A stretch of DNA of 64,000 nt from an uncultured Candidatus Rokubacteria bacterium (GTDB taxonomy: Bacteria; Methylomirabilota; Methylomirabilia; Rokubacteriales; DASRDR01). Positions 1 to 11,483 of this stretch are shown one piece after another (positions within the stretch are counted from its first letter, which is position 1; every line of letters begins with the position of its first letter). The notes below the pieces were generated by a model, which was given only the letters and a program-made list of their open reading frames with translations, did not search any database and was not told where the DNA came from. The stretch lies in assembly GCA_963805625.1 (NCBI GenBank), contig CAWDVE010000016.1:320001-384000 (forward strand), read 5' to 3'. A program made the translations under genes and the position numbers.

Positions 1-119
1 ACTTCGAGTACCGGCCGGAACTCCTTTGAGTGACCAAACTGCCTCCTATGCCCGGACGGCCGTGGGCGCGCGACGGATGAGGAGGGCCCCATGATCGCCA
101 AGCGAACGAGGAGGGAACG

Positions 120-260
120 ATGACGGACCGCCCCGAGCCAACCTACGCTCTCAAGGGGAATCCCGCCACCCTGGAGGTGGGGTTCAGCGTCGAAGCGTGG
201 CAGCTCTTCGCCTTCGTATTCGCGGCGCTCACGAGCCTCGCCTTCTCGGTCCTCAGGTAA
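120..260 (+). CDS. small hypothetical membrane peptide (46 aa)
   Basis: Hand translation gives MTDRPEPTYALKGNPATLEVGFSVEAWQLFAFVFAALTSLAFSVLR*. GAGGAGGG RBS upstream and one hydrophobic C-terminal segment. Confidence 0.35.
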   Translation: MTDRPEPTYALKGNPATLEVGFSVEAWQLFAFVFAALTSLAFSVLR

Positions 261-300
261 CGGATCGCGAGCGAGACTCATCGCGCGCACGCCGACGAAG

Positions 301-407
301 CTAAGCGGTCCAAAGCCATTTCCTGACTCCTCCCCCGGTTCCGCCGTCCAGCCCGGAGGGTGAGGGTGGCCGGACTCTAGCGCGCGGCGGGCCGCTCGAC
401 AAGGGCC
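301..407 (-). repeat. dispersed ~110-bp repeat (copy of 16010-16126) carrying TTGTCG-N17-TAGAGT
   Basis: Shares the identical core GGGTGGCCGGACTCTAGCGCGCGGC and the blocks CAAAGCC, TTCCTG, CCGCCGTC and CAAGGGCC with 16010-16126. Confidence 0.75.
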
Positions 408-508
408 GTGGAGTGCTCCCCGGTTGAGTTAGACACGGATGGGGCCATCCTGCCGAGGCAAGAGGAGGGGGCCATGGGCGAGTGTCCCCGGAAGGCCGAT
501 GGCCGGCG

Positions 509-2671
<2,163 letters not shown>

Positions 2672-2673
2672 GG

Positions 2674-3141
2674 CTAGGCGCCTCCCCGCATCTGGCCGGC
2701 GGCCGTCTTGATCGCGGCCCGGATGCGCTGGTAGGTGCCACACCGGCAGATGTTGCCACTCATTGCGGCATCGATGTCGGCGTCGGTTGGGTTCTGGTTC
2801 GCCGCCAGCAGCGCCACCGCGCTCATGACCTGACCGGACTGGCAGTAGCCGCACTGAGGGACGTCGGCGTCGATCCACGCCGCCTGCACCGGATGGAGCT
2901 TGCCGGCTCGCGATAGCCCCTCGATCGTCGTCACCCGGCGGCCCTGGACCGCCGACAGCGGCGTGACGCACGACCGCGTGGGCTGGCCGCCCACGTGGAC
3001 CGTGCACGCCCCGCAGAGCGCCATGCCGCACCCGTACTTGGTCCCGGTGAGCCCGAGCTCCTCCCGCACCACCCAGAGAAGCGGTGTTGCGGGATCGCTC
3101 GTGGCCTGGACCGCCTTGCCGTTCACGGTGAGCCTCACCAT
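2674..3141 (-). CDS. iorA: (2Fe-2S)-binding subunit (isoquinoline 1-oxidoreductase alpha-like)
   Basis: [24 protein letters not shown] and NICRCGTY motifs; GGAGG RBS before ATG at 3141. Confidence 0.95.
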   Translation of the reverse strand: MVRLTVNGKAVQATSDPATPLLWVVREELGLTGTKYGCGMALCGACTVHVGGQPTRSCVTPLSAVQGRRVTTIEGLSRAGKLHPVQAAWIDADVPQCGYCQSGQVMSAVALLAANQNPTDADIDAAMSGNICRCGTYQRIRAAIKTAAGQMRGGA

Positions 3142-3501
3142 GGTCGTCCTCCGGTCTGCCCCGGTCCTACCGGGGTCCTCCAGGCCCGTATGTCGCATGC
3201 GTTGCGGAGGCACGTCGCTAAGCGTCACTTTCCGCCCGAGCGGGGGGATCGTCAAGGCGTGTCATGACGGTCGCCGCCCGGCCTCTCGCGGACCCGACCC
3301 CCGGCCTCGCGATCGAGCTGACGCTCTGGCTGAGCTTTCTCGCGCTGCCCTTGGCTACCCGCCGGGGAAGCGCTTCGGGGTGTGGCGTCGTCTCGGCCAG
3401 TACGCGCGCTCCGGGTCTTGCCGGAGGCGATACTTCTTGTGAATGTCCGTACCGAAGATCGGCTGAGTTCATGAGTGTATTTGACGGGTGGCGTGATCTT
3501 C

Positions 3502-3720
3502 ATGAGTACGCGATGGTCGCGGGTCTTGCGCGGCGTGGTCGCGCGCCTGATCCCCGGGCTCCTCCTGGCGGGCTGCGCGGTGTCGGCACCGGTGCCGAGG
3601 TCGGCCGACTTCCCATTCCACGTGACTGGACCGCCGGTCGAGATCGACCACCACCACGTCGATTGCCCCGGACTCGAGCGCAGATCTCGACCAGCCGGCC
3701 GGCGAGCGCCGACCTGCTGA
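3502..3720 (+). pseudogene. possible truncated lipoprotein
   Basis: Lipobox-like LLLAGC after a basic N-terminus; the ORF turns into non-protein-like sequence after about 50 aa. Confidence 0.3.
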
Positions 3721-3994
3721 ATGTGGCGACCGACCGCTCGCGGCGCGCCTGGTCGCGCCACTTTCGCGCGCCGGCCTCCTTGAGAAGAGTGACGCACGCC
3801 GCGAGGACGGCTGTGTCTCCGGGAGGGAACCAAAACGCCAGAACGAGTCCAGTTCGCGCGACGAATGCATGTCGGGGAAATGACTGATAGGGCGTCAAGA
3901 GCACGGAGGTACGTTCGAGTGGAGAACGTCGTTCGTGAACCCTATCGGTAGACCGGTAGCCCTCGTGATGCTTCCGCCATAGGCCCGTGCGCAG

Positions 3995-5086
3995 ATGAGA
4001 CGACGCGCCGTACTCCTTTGTGGCCTCATTGCCTTGCTCGTCGGCGCGGGGGCCCTTGTCGCGCTTGGGCGGGTGGCCGATGAGCTTCCGAAGCCCGTCG
4101 CCACTGCAGTCCGACTGCCGGCGCGGCTCTGGACGCGGGCATTCTCCCCCCGCGTTCCGAAGCCAAGCCGTCTGGCCGGGCTGACTCCTCCGGAGCAGGA
4201 CACCGTCAGGGCCGTCTCCGGTCGAATCAGCGGGCGCCTTGTCTGGTCTTCGAACCGTAGCGGGGATCACGAGCTGTACGTGCTCGATCTCGGATCTCGT
4301 TCGCTCCGGCGCCTCACGCGGCATCCGAACGTCGACTTCTTTCCCCGGTTCTCCCCGGACGGCCGTCAGATCGTGTTCCTGCGAAGCCAGCGAGAGTTGG
4401 TCAGCGTCCGGGAGGTTAGCGCGTGGGATGTCTTCGTCGTCAACGCCGACGGCACCGGCGAACGGGAGCTGGCACGCGGGGGCTACCACCCGGGCTGGAC
4501 CGCGGACGGTCGGGCGGTCGTCTTCCATCGGGGCGCGCAGGTGTTCCGCTACGATCTGGCGAGTCGACGCGAATCCCTGCTCTTCGACGGGAGGAAGGAG
4601 GTAGCCGGCATCTCCGACGCGGGTGACTTCGAGCTGGCCCCCGACCAGCGGCAGCTGGCCTTCGCGCTCCGCGGCCCGTTCGAGGGAGCAGCCGTGTACG
4701 GCTTCGAGACGCACCGCCTCTCGGCGCTCACACGCGTGCAGGCTTGCCAGACGACCTGGGCACCCGACGGCCAGAGCGTGGTGTGGGTGGAAACCGGGGG
4801 CCGTGGCGGAACGCGGCTGATGGTCGGGAGCCCGGACGGGAAAGGGCGCCGCGTTCTCATGGACCTTCCTGGCGCCTACAGCCACGAGTACTTTCCGAAG
4901 CTGTCGAATGACGGGCGCTGGCTCGTGTGGGGCGCGGCGGCTGAGGGTCACGAGCACGACCGCGCGGACTACGAGATCTTCCTCTGGGAAGTCGGGACTG
5001 CATGGGAGACGGCGACCCGTGTCACCTCCCACCCGGGGAACGACCAGTGGCCAGACCTCTACGTGGACCGTGCCAAGACGAAGTAG
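3995..5086 (+). CDS. TolB-like PD40 beta-propeller protein, membrane-anchored or secreted
   Basis: N-terminal TM/signal; repeats such as PRFSPDGRQIVF, PGWTADGR, TWAPDGQ, PKLSNDGRWLVW. Confidence 0.85.
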   Translation: MRRRAVLLCGLIALLVGAGALVALGRVADELPKPVATAVRLPARLWTRAFSPRVPKPSRLAGLTPPEQDTVRAVSGRISGRLVWSSNRSGDHELYVLDLGSRSLRRLTRHPNVDFFPRFSPDGRQIVFLRSQRELVSVREVSAWDVFVVNADGTGERELARGGYHPGWTADGRAVVFHRGAQVFRYDLASRRESLLFDGRKEVAGISDAGDFELAPDQRQLAFALRGPFEGAAVYGFETHRLSALTRVQACQTTWAPDGQSVVWVETGGRGGTRLMVGSPDGKGRRVLMDLPGAYSHEYFPKLSNDGRWLVWGAAAEGHEHDRADYEIFLWEVGTAWETATRVTSHPGNDQWPDLYVDRAKTK

Positions 5087-5159
5087 TCGTGGAGTTGCTT
5101 GGGAAGTTCGTCGGCGGCTGACGCTGCCGGCGGTCTCCCGAGCTCCCCGTCGCGACAGC

Positions 5160-5936
5160 CTACCTCCGCTTGGGGAGGAGCGCGACGACGGTACCGCCCC
5201 CGGGGATCGCCTTCTTCAGCGCGCTCAGCCAGATGTTGGCCATCACCTGGTAGCCGTGCTCGTTCGGGTGGAGAGGGTCACGATCGGGGGACAGCCCGAA
5301 CAGACTCCGGTCGTTCATGCCGTCGAAGATCTCGGCCAGGACGATGCCTTCGGCCGCTGCGAGAGTGCGGATCAGGCCGTTCGCCATGAAGATCACATCC
5401 TGGGCGCACGGGTCGTTCCGGAAGTTCGGCGGAATCGTACCCAGGATCGGGATCGTCCGGGTGGCCTTGGCCCGCTCGACCATCGTTTGAAGGCGACCGA
5501 CGATGAAGGCGGCATCGTCGCAGCGGCTCGCGTTATTCGTGCCCTCCATGATCAGGATGAAGCCCGGTCGATCGGCGCCGAGGACGTCACGGATCCGCAT
5601 GGCGCCCTCCTCGACGTGTTCGCCGCCCCGCCCGCGGTTGATCACGCGCCAGGCCGGGTCGAGCCGCTGGAGCAGTCCCTGCAGGACGGTCGGGTAGTTG
5701 TTGCTGGTTTCCAGGCCGGCCCGGATCCTCCGCTCTTCGAGGACACCGAGAGTGATGCTGTCGCCGAACGCCGAGACCGTGTGGGGGTTGTTCGAGCCAA
5801 AGTTGACGCTGGACGCGGTCGTTGTCCCCGGGCTGGGTCCGGTGGTGTCACTCGAGTGCCCGCATCCGAGGACGGCGACGACGAAAGCGAGCATCCACAC
5901 CCGCGGCCGTCCTGCTGTGGGCTGGAGGCCCGCCAT
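5160..5936 (-). CDS. SGNH/GDSL hydrolase lipoprotein
   Basis: VLGC lipobox; AFGDSIT, VINRG, EGTNN and DPLHPN blocks. Confidence 0.9.
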   Translation of the reverse strand: MAGLQPTAGRPRVWMLAFVVAVLGCGHSSDTTGPSPGTTTASSVNFGSNNPHTVSAFGDSITLGVLEERRIRAGLETSNNYPTVLQGLLQRLDPAWRVINRGRGGEHVEEGAMRIRDVLGADRPGFILIMEGTNNASRCDDAAFIVGRLQTMVERAKATRTIPILGTIPPNFRNDPCAQDVIFMANGLIRTLAAAEGIVLAEIFDGMNDRSLFGLSPDRDPLHPNEHGYQVMANIWLSALKKAIPGGGTVVALLPKRR

Positions 5937-5950
5937 GAGCCGCGACGGGC

Positions 5951-6484
5951 TCACGGTCGGGCCCGAGACCCGCGTTTCCGGCGCCCTCGCTTGCCGCGCT
6001 CGACGATGATGATCGAGCGCGTGGAGAAGCGCAGGTGCCGTGAGCGGCGCCAGCCGCGGATCTGTCGATGCAGGGCGGTCAACTCCTTGCGCACGGCGGG
6101 GCTGGCCTTCCCCTGTTGAAGCCGGTCCAGTACCGCCACTTCGAGATCCGCCAAGCCCCGGCCCTCGCCGAACGCCAGGAAGGCGCGGCCGGCGGCGACG
6201 GGTACGACCGACACGCCGGGCACGCTCTGGATCAATTGAGGGTTGACGACGATCAGCGCGCTGTCGGGTGAGAGCTGGGCGAGATCGATGGAGGATTCCG
6301 ACACGCGCCGCGGACGGTGCCCCGTGTCCGCTACCTTTACCTTCTCGTACAGCGAGACGATCGCCCAGGCCGGGTCGGGATGGATGCGCCGAAGCCCGCG
6401 CACGACATCGTGGGGGAGCGTCACTGCCAGGAGCTGCGCCGGGCGGCCGAACTTGAGAGGTCGCCCGCGCTGTTTCTTGAGCAC
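5951..6484 (-). CDS. hypothetical protein, candidate DNA-binding regulator (RGRP AT-hook-like motif plus ribbon-helix-helix-like N-terminus)
   Basis: Protein-like 177-aa ORF 14 bp upstream of the SGNH gene; N-terminus KQRGRPLKFGRPAQLLAVTLPHDVVRGLRRI and basic C-terminus. Confidence 0.7.
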   Translation of the reverse strand: MLKKQRGRPLKFGRPAQLLAVTLPHDVVRGLRRIHPDPAWAIVSLYEKVKVADTGHRPRRVSESSIDLAQLSPDSALIVVNPQLIQSVPGVSVVPVAAGRAFLAFGEGRGLADLEVAVLDRLQQGKASPAVRKELTALHRQIRGWRRSRHLRFSTRSIIIVERGKRGRRKRGSRARP

Positions 6485-6490
6485 GACCCG

Positions 6491-6521
6491 TGATTTTTCT
6501 ATGTAAAATCAAGTGCGTCAA
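6491..6521 (-). promoter_or_regulatory. sigma70-like promoter with overlapping inverted repeat TGATTTT-N7-AAAATCA
   Basis: AT-rich island. TTGACG on the minus strand at 6516-6521; perfect 7-7-7 inverted repeat at 6491-6511. Confidence 0.55.
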
Positions 6522-6671
6522 GGGACTTTCTTGTAAGGATAAATACGGACGCGCTGGCCTTCGCCGGGATGATCGCCCGTCAGGCTTTTCCCCCGGCTCG
6601 TGCGCGTTCCCCCGATAGCGCGCCCGGATGTTGTTCCCTACACTTGCGCCAGCCTGAGAGACGGCACGCAG

Positions 6672-7631
6672 ATGAGGACCGCACGCTACTCGATCGTCGT
6701 CCCGCTGTACAACGAGCAGGATGTGCTGCCCGAGCTGTGCGAACGGCTCCGGGCGGCCGTGGCGCGGCTCCACGGTCCGGCCGAGATCATCTTCGTCAAT
6801 GACGGCAGCGCCGACGGGACCCTCGGGATCCTCAAGGCTCTGCAGTTCGAGGACAAGACCATTCGCGTCGTGTCGCTCTCGCGCAACTTTGGGCACCAGG
6901 CGGCCGTCTCCGCGGGGCTGTGCCACGCCGAAGGAGATGCCGTCGCGGTGCTCGACGGCGATCTCCAGGACCCGCCGGAGCTCCTGCCCGAGTTCTTTGC
7001 GAAGCTGGAAGAGGGTTGGGACGTCGCGTACGGCGTCCGCCGCCACCGCCGGGGCGGGATCCCGAAGCGGCTATCCTACTTCGTCTTCTACCGGCTGCTT
7101 CACCGGCTCGCCAACATCGATATCCCGCTCGACGCCGGGGACTTCTGCGCGATGCGCCGTCGGATCGTGGACCACCTGAACCGCCTGCCCGAGACCGATC
7201 GGTTCGTGCGCGGCTTGCGGGCCTGGGTCGGCTTCCGCCAGACCGGCATCCCGTACGAGCGCGATCGGCGGCGGGCCGGGATCCCGAAGTACACGATGTC
7301 CAAGCTCGTCCAGCTGTCCCTGGACGGCCTGCTGTCGTTCTCCTACGCCCCGCTCCGGTGGCTTGCGGTCGTCGGGTTCGTTCTGTGCGCGGTCAGCTTC
7401 GTCGGCATCCTGGTCGTCCTCTACCGCTACCTGTTCACACCGTACGTGCCCGGGTACACGTCCTTGGCCATCCTCGTCCTGTTCTTCGGGGGAGCCCAGT
7501 TCCTGACGGGCGGCTTGGTCGGCGAGTACGTCGGCCGGACCGCGCAGCAGGTGAAGGGCCGCCCGCTGTACGTCGTCGACGAGCTGATCGGCTTCCAGGA
7601 AGGGCCCGCCTTCCGGTCCTTCAGGAGGTGA
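6672..7631 (+). CDS. glycosyltransferase family 2, polyprenol-phosphate glycosyltransferase (GtrB/ArnC-like)
   Basis: SIVVPLYNE, NDGSADGT, LSRNFGHQAA, LDGDLQDPPE, DAGDFC motifs and two C-terminal TM helices. Confidence 0.93.
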   Translation: MRTARYSIVVPLYNEQDVLPELCERLRAAVARLHGPAEIIFVNDGSADGTLGILKALQFEDKTIRVVSLSRNFGHQAAVSAGLCHAEGDAVAVLDGDLQDPPELLPEFFAKLEEGWDVAYGVRRHRRGGIPKRLSYFVFYRLLHRLANIDIPLDAGDFCAMRRRIVDHLNRLPETDRFVRGLRAWVGFRQTGIPYERDRRRAGIPKYTMSKLVQLSLDGLLSFSYAPLRWLAVVGFVLCAVSFVGILVVLYRYLFTPYVPGYTSLAILVLFFGGAQFLTGGLVGEYVGRTAQQVKGRPLYVVDELIGFQEGPAFRSFRR

Positions 7632-10333
7632 CGTCTCCGGTCCCTGCATCACCCGCGCGGCTGTCCATTGGGCAGCACGCCGCCGCCCTGGGCGGCTTCC
7701 TCGCGCTCCTCGCGCTCTTCACCTACCCACTCATCCGCGACCCGGGCCATCTGTTGCCGTACCACAAGGATCCCATGATGTACGGGTGGACCATGATGTC
7801 CAACACCCGGCGGCTTCTCTCGACCCCGCTGGCGGTGTTCCACGGCAACACCTTCTATCCGCATGGCAACGTGGTCGCCCACACCGATCTGCTCTTGACG
7901 CCGACGCTGTTCCCCGCCGGGCCGCTGTACCTGCTGACTGGCAACCCGGTCCTCCAGTACAACCTGACGCTGCTCCTCTGGTGGGCGCTCTCGGGCTGGG
8001 CGATGTACGTCCTCGCCTTCACGCTCCTGCGCTCGCACGTCGGAGCGGCGATCGCTGCGGTCGTCTTCACGGTGTGCCCCTTCCGCACCGACTTCTACCT
8101 CGAGTTCCAGATGCAGCTCGCGTTCCCGATCCCGCTCGCCTTGCTCGGGCTCTTGCGCTTCCTGGAGACGCGGCGCACGCGGTACCTGGTCGCCACGCTC
8201 GCGCTGCTATGGGTCGAGGCGCTGGCGTCGATGTACTACGCGATCATCCTCGGCCTCTGCCTGGCGGCCCTCGCGCTCCTGCACGTCGTGGCGCGCCCCC
8301 GCACGTGGAGTTGGCGTCTTGCGCTCGAGGGTGCCATCGGCGTCGCGGCCCTGAGCCTCGCGCTCGCGCCCTTCCTCGTGCCCTACGCGCAGAACCGGAG
8401 CGAGCTGGGCATGGAGCGAGCCCTCGACCAGAACGACAACGCCTCGGCCGACGTCCTGACCTACTTCGAGACCGGCGAGACCAAGCTGTATCACTTCTCG
8501 CCGACCTATCACACCGCGGAGACCTCGATCTTCATGGGGTTCGTGGCGCTCGCCCTGGCGGGCATGGCCTTCGGTCTCGGGGACAGTCCGGAGACGCCCC
8601 CGCCGCCAGCCGGTCTCGGCGCGGCCCGACGGGCTCTCGCCGCGGTCGTTCTCGGCACTACTGTCGTCCTGGCCATCACCCTCGTGGGGCGGGCGCCCCT
8701 CCACGCGACTGGGATTCGCTTTCCGCCCCCGTTCGGTTTCTTCCTGGCCATTCTGGCATTGATCCTGGTCCGGATCGCCGTCGAGGGCTGGTGGGCGGGC
8801 CGGCGTGGCGAGCGCGGTCGCCTGGGGGACTTCGAAATTCGCTGGATCTTCCTGTTCCTGCTGGTCCTGTTCTTCCTGCTCTCCCTGGGTCCGGTGATCC
8901 TCTACGGGAGGAAGCCGCTCGGCCAGGGACTCTACGCCTACCTCTATCCCTACCTGCTGCCGCTCCATGCGATGCGGGTCTACTCCCGCCTCGGGATCAT
9001 CGTCGTGCTCGCCGTCGCGCTCCTGGCGGGCATGGGCGCTCGAGCACTCCAAACGCGACTACCGGGGCGCCGGTGGCGTCGCGTGGTCCCTGCGCTGCTC
9101 CTCCTCGGGATGCTCGCCGAGTACGCGCCGTTTCCGGTGCGCTATCGGCGTCTGGACTGGGAGCACCCGCCGCCGGTCTACCGCGCCCTCGCCGCCGACC
9201 CCGATGACGTCGCCGTCCTGGAGTGGCCACAAAACATCGAGGATCTCGACGACTACTTCGCCTTCATGTCGATCAACCATTGGAAGCGGATCGTGAACGG
9301 GGCGAGCGGCTTCTCACCGATTGGCCCCCCGATGACCCGCGACATCTCCGGCGTCCTGTCCGCGCCCGACGACCCGGAGGACGACCCATTCCCCGGCCCG
9401 GCGGCGCGCCGCTATCTCCTGGGTCTCCACCCGCTCCGCTACCTGGTGGTCCACAATGCCCTGGTCGACGCCGTCGAGCGGGAGAAGTGGCGGAAGCTCG
9501 CGACCGTGCCGTGGGCGCGTCTGGTCGCCCGCTACGGCCCCGACGACCTCTACCGGCTGAGCGGCGACATGACCGGGTCGGTCCTCGAGAAGTACTTCTC
9601 CTGGGACTATGCGCGCGACAAGCACACGGTCGATTTCGAGGCCCGCGCCATCGGCCCCGGTGCCCGGGACCGCTGGATCGACGTCGACCTGAACGGCCGT
9701 CGTCTGGGTCGGCAGGCACTCGGGAGCGACTGGACGCGCGTCAGCCTCCCGCTCGCCGGCCCGCGCCATCACTCGGCGCCCAACGTCGTCACCGTCGACT
9801 TCCAGTACCGCGAGAGCGACGCGCGTGCCACCCGGCGCATCGGGCAGACGGGCGCGACGTCGCCCGTCGATCTCCAGGTGGTCAGCGCGGGCATGGACAC
9901 GGGGAACGAGGGGGTGATCTACGTCAATGCTCACCAGCGGGCGGTCAATCGGCGTGGATACAACCTCGTCGCGATCGACCCCGCCAGCGGGGATATCCTC
10001 TGGCACGACCTGTTCGACACGCTCGTGTCTCCTGGCGAGTCCCGCCGGCTCGCCGAGGCGGTCGGGCGCCTGCGCGCCGGCACCATCGTGGCGGTGGCGG
10101 TGAAGGACGAGGCCTCGGGGGCGCTCACCGCGGAGGCGGTCGCGGCCTTCCGGTCGCTCGGCGGGCAGGAGGACATCCGCGGGCGGTATCGCGTGTCGCA
10201 CCTCCTTGTCGGCGTCAAGGGCGCCGCGCCGGGGACGGCGATCGAGCAGGTCGGCTACGCGCGCCTGATGGTGACGCTCGGGTTTGCGCCCGAGCAGCTG
10301 GGTGTGGAGATGCGCGGCTTCGCCCTCCGCTGA
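7628..10333 (+). CDS. multi-pass GT-C/YfhO-like membrane glycosyltransferase with C-terminal ILEI/PANDER-like domain
   Basis: GTGA overlap with the GT2 stop; many TM segments; DPMMYGW, FYPH, HWKRIVNGASGF motifs; C-terminal RRGYNLVAID...FDT...VAVAVKDEAS...LLVGVKG. Confidence 0.8.
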   Translation: MTSPVPASPARLSIGQHAAALGGFLALLALFTYPLIRDPGHLLPYHKDPMMYGWTMMSNTRRLLSTPLAVFHGNTFYPHGNVVAHTDLLLTPTLFPAGPLYLLTGNPVLQYNLTLLLWWALSGWAMYVLAFTLLRSHVGAAIAAVVFTVCPFRTDFYLEFQMQLAFPIPLALLGLLRFLETRRTRYLVATLALLWVEALASMYYAIILGLCLAALALLHVVARPRTWSWRLALEGAIGVAALSLALAPFLVPYAQNRSELGMERALDQNDNASADVLTYFETGETKLYHFSPTYHTAETSIFMGFVALALAGMAFGLGDSPETPPPPAGLGAARRALAAVVLGTTVVLAITLVGRAPLHATGIRFPPPFGFFLAILALILVRIAVEGWWAGRRGERGRLGDFEIRWIFLFLLVLFFLLSLGPVILYGRKPLGQGLYAYLYPYLLPLHAMRVYSRLGIIVVLAVALLAGMGARALQTRLPGRRWRRVVPALLLLGMLAEYAPFPVRYRRLDWEHPPPVYRALAADPDDVAVLEWPQNIEDLDDYFAFMSINHWKRIVNGASGFSPIGPPMTRDISGVLSAPDDPEDDPFPGPAARRYLLGLHPLRYLVVHNALVDAVEREKWRKLATVPWARLVARYGPDDLYRLSGDMTGSVLEKYFSWDYARDKHTVDFEARAIGPGARDRWIDVDLNGRRLGRQALGSDWTRVSLPLAGPRHHSAPNVVTVDFQYRESDARATRRIGQTGATSPVDLQVVSAGMDTGNEGVIYVNAHQRAVNRRGYNLVAIDPASGDILWHDLFDTLVSPGESRRLAEAVGRLRAGTIVAVAVKDEASGALTAEAVAAFRSLGGQEDIRGRYRVSHLLVGVKGAAPGTAIEQVGYARLMVTLGFAPEQLGVEMRGFALR

Positions 10334-10991
10334 CAGCGCACGGAGCGCGGTTCGTGAAGCCCGTCGGCCGGGGCCCGCCGACAGGTACGGCGAGCTGAAT
10401 AACACCTCCATCATTCGCTGGTCCCGGGCGGGCGCGCCGCCCCAGTGTCGGGTCGGGCAGCGTTTATCAGCAGCTGTTTCGCGGGAAGTTCCTTGCCGTC
10501 GACGACGACACTCCACTTCTGGATTCTCCTTGGTTTGAACACGACGCTGTGGGGAGCGCTGCGGAGGATGCGTCTCCTATCAGAGGGTCGAGAGAAGATC
10601 AGAGGCGAGGGTTGCACAAGAGCGTGCGATAGTCTCTGCGGCCTCTAGCGGTTGGGCAGCGCGCGCCGCCATCTGTGATCCAAGGCTTGAGGAGTTCCCG
10701 AAAAGATCCCGAGGGTGCCGATAGCTGTCTGAGTTACCTCGATCGATGGATTAGTCCGCAAGAGGTTGTGGAGCCGCGGCATCACTGACCACCGCGACTG
10801 AGGAAGCGAGGGAAGGACGGATCGGCCCGATTCTCGGGCAGTCCGGCGGACGCCGCGTAGAATATGCGCCAGTCATGCGCCCCCCTAGGTCAGGGAGACT
10901 CGAGGGTCCAGATCGTCAGAATGGTGATGGTCGCCGAGCCCCAGCCGGCGTGACGAGCTTGGGGTCAGGCCCGCACCACGAGGAGGACGTC

Positions 10992-11483
10992 GTGCGAAGT
11001 AGCGGAAGAGCCGCCGTCGTTCGACGGCGACGGTTCCTGTCGATCCTGTCCCTGGCGGTGCTGGCTTCGGTCTCCGACGGTAGCAGCGCGGACCAGGCGC
11101 TCCCCGTCACCTCCCAGGCGCTCGTCGGCACCTGGAGGCTCGTGTCCGTCGAGGAGCGGCGGCCGAACGGTGAGACCGCCTACTGGATGGGGCGCCGACC
11201 GGTCGGTCTCCTGATGTACGACCGGACAGGAAACGTGTCGGTCCAGATCATGCGCGATCCATCGGTCACGGTGACGCCGGAGAACCGGCAGGACGGCTAC
11301 TACGCGTACTTCGGCCGCTACGACGTACGGGAGATCGAGAGCACCGTCGTCCACCGCGTCCAAGGCAGCATGCGGCCGTCCGAGATCGGCGCGGACTACA
11401 CTCGGACGGTTCGACTGAGCCGTGATCGCCTCGTCCTCGGCCTGAGCGCGACCCGGACCCTCACGTGGCAGCGTCTCCGGTAG
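10992..11483 (+). CDS. lipocalin-like domain protein (Lipocalin_5), exported
   Basis: AGGAGG RBS before GTG at 10992; RRRFL signal; LVGTWRLVS, GLLMYD, YYAYFGRY and LTWQR motifs. Confidence 0.85.
   Translation: MRSSGRAAVVRRRRFLSILSLAVLASVSDGSSADQALPVTSQALVGTWRLVSVEERRPNGETAYWMGRRPVGLLMYDRTGNVSVQIMRDPSVTVTPENRQDGYYAYFGRYDVREIESTVVHRVQGSMRPSEIGADYTRTVRLSRDRLVLGLSATRTLTWQRLR

Noticed and set aside
3142-3262. Moco riboswitch upstream of iorA (also considered upstream of the sulfite oxidase)
   Set aside because: Only isolated short motifs and one hairpin; the consensus structure could not be built. A cmsearch would be needed.
3468-3510. Duplicated TTCATGAGT boxes around a TTGACG
   Set aside because: Could be an operator, but there is no convincing -10 and the downstream gene looks truncated.
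6920-7627. 1137-aa version of the GT-C protein
   Set aside because: The extension overlaps the GT2 gene out of frame; GTG at 7628 with a GTGA overlap is the more plausible start.
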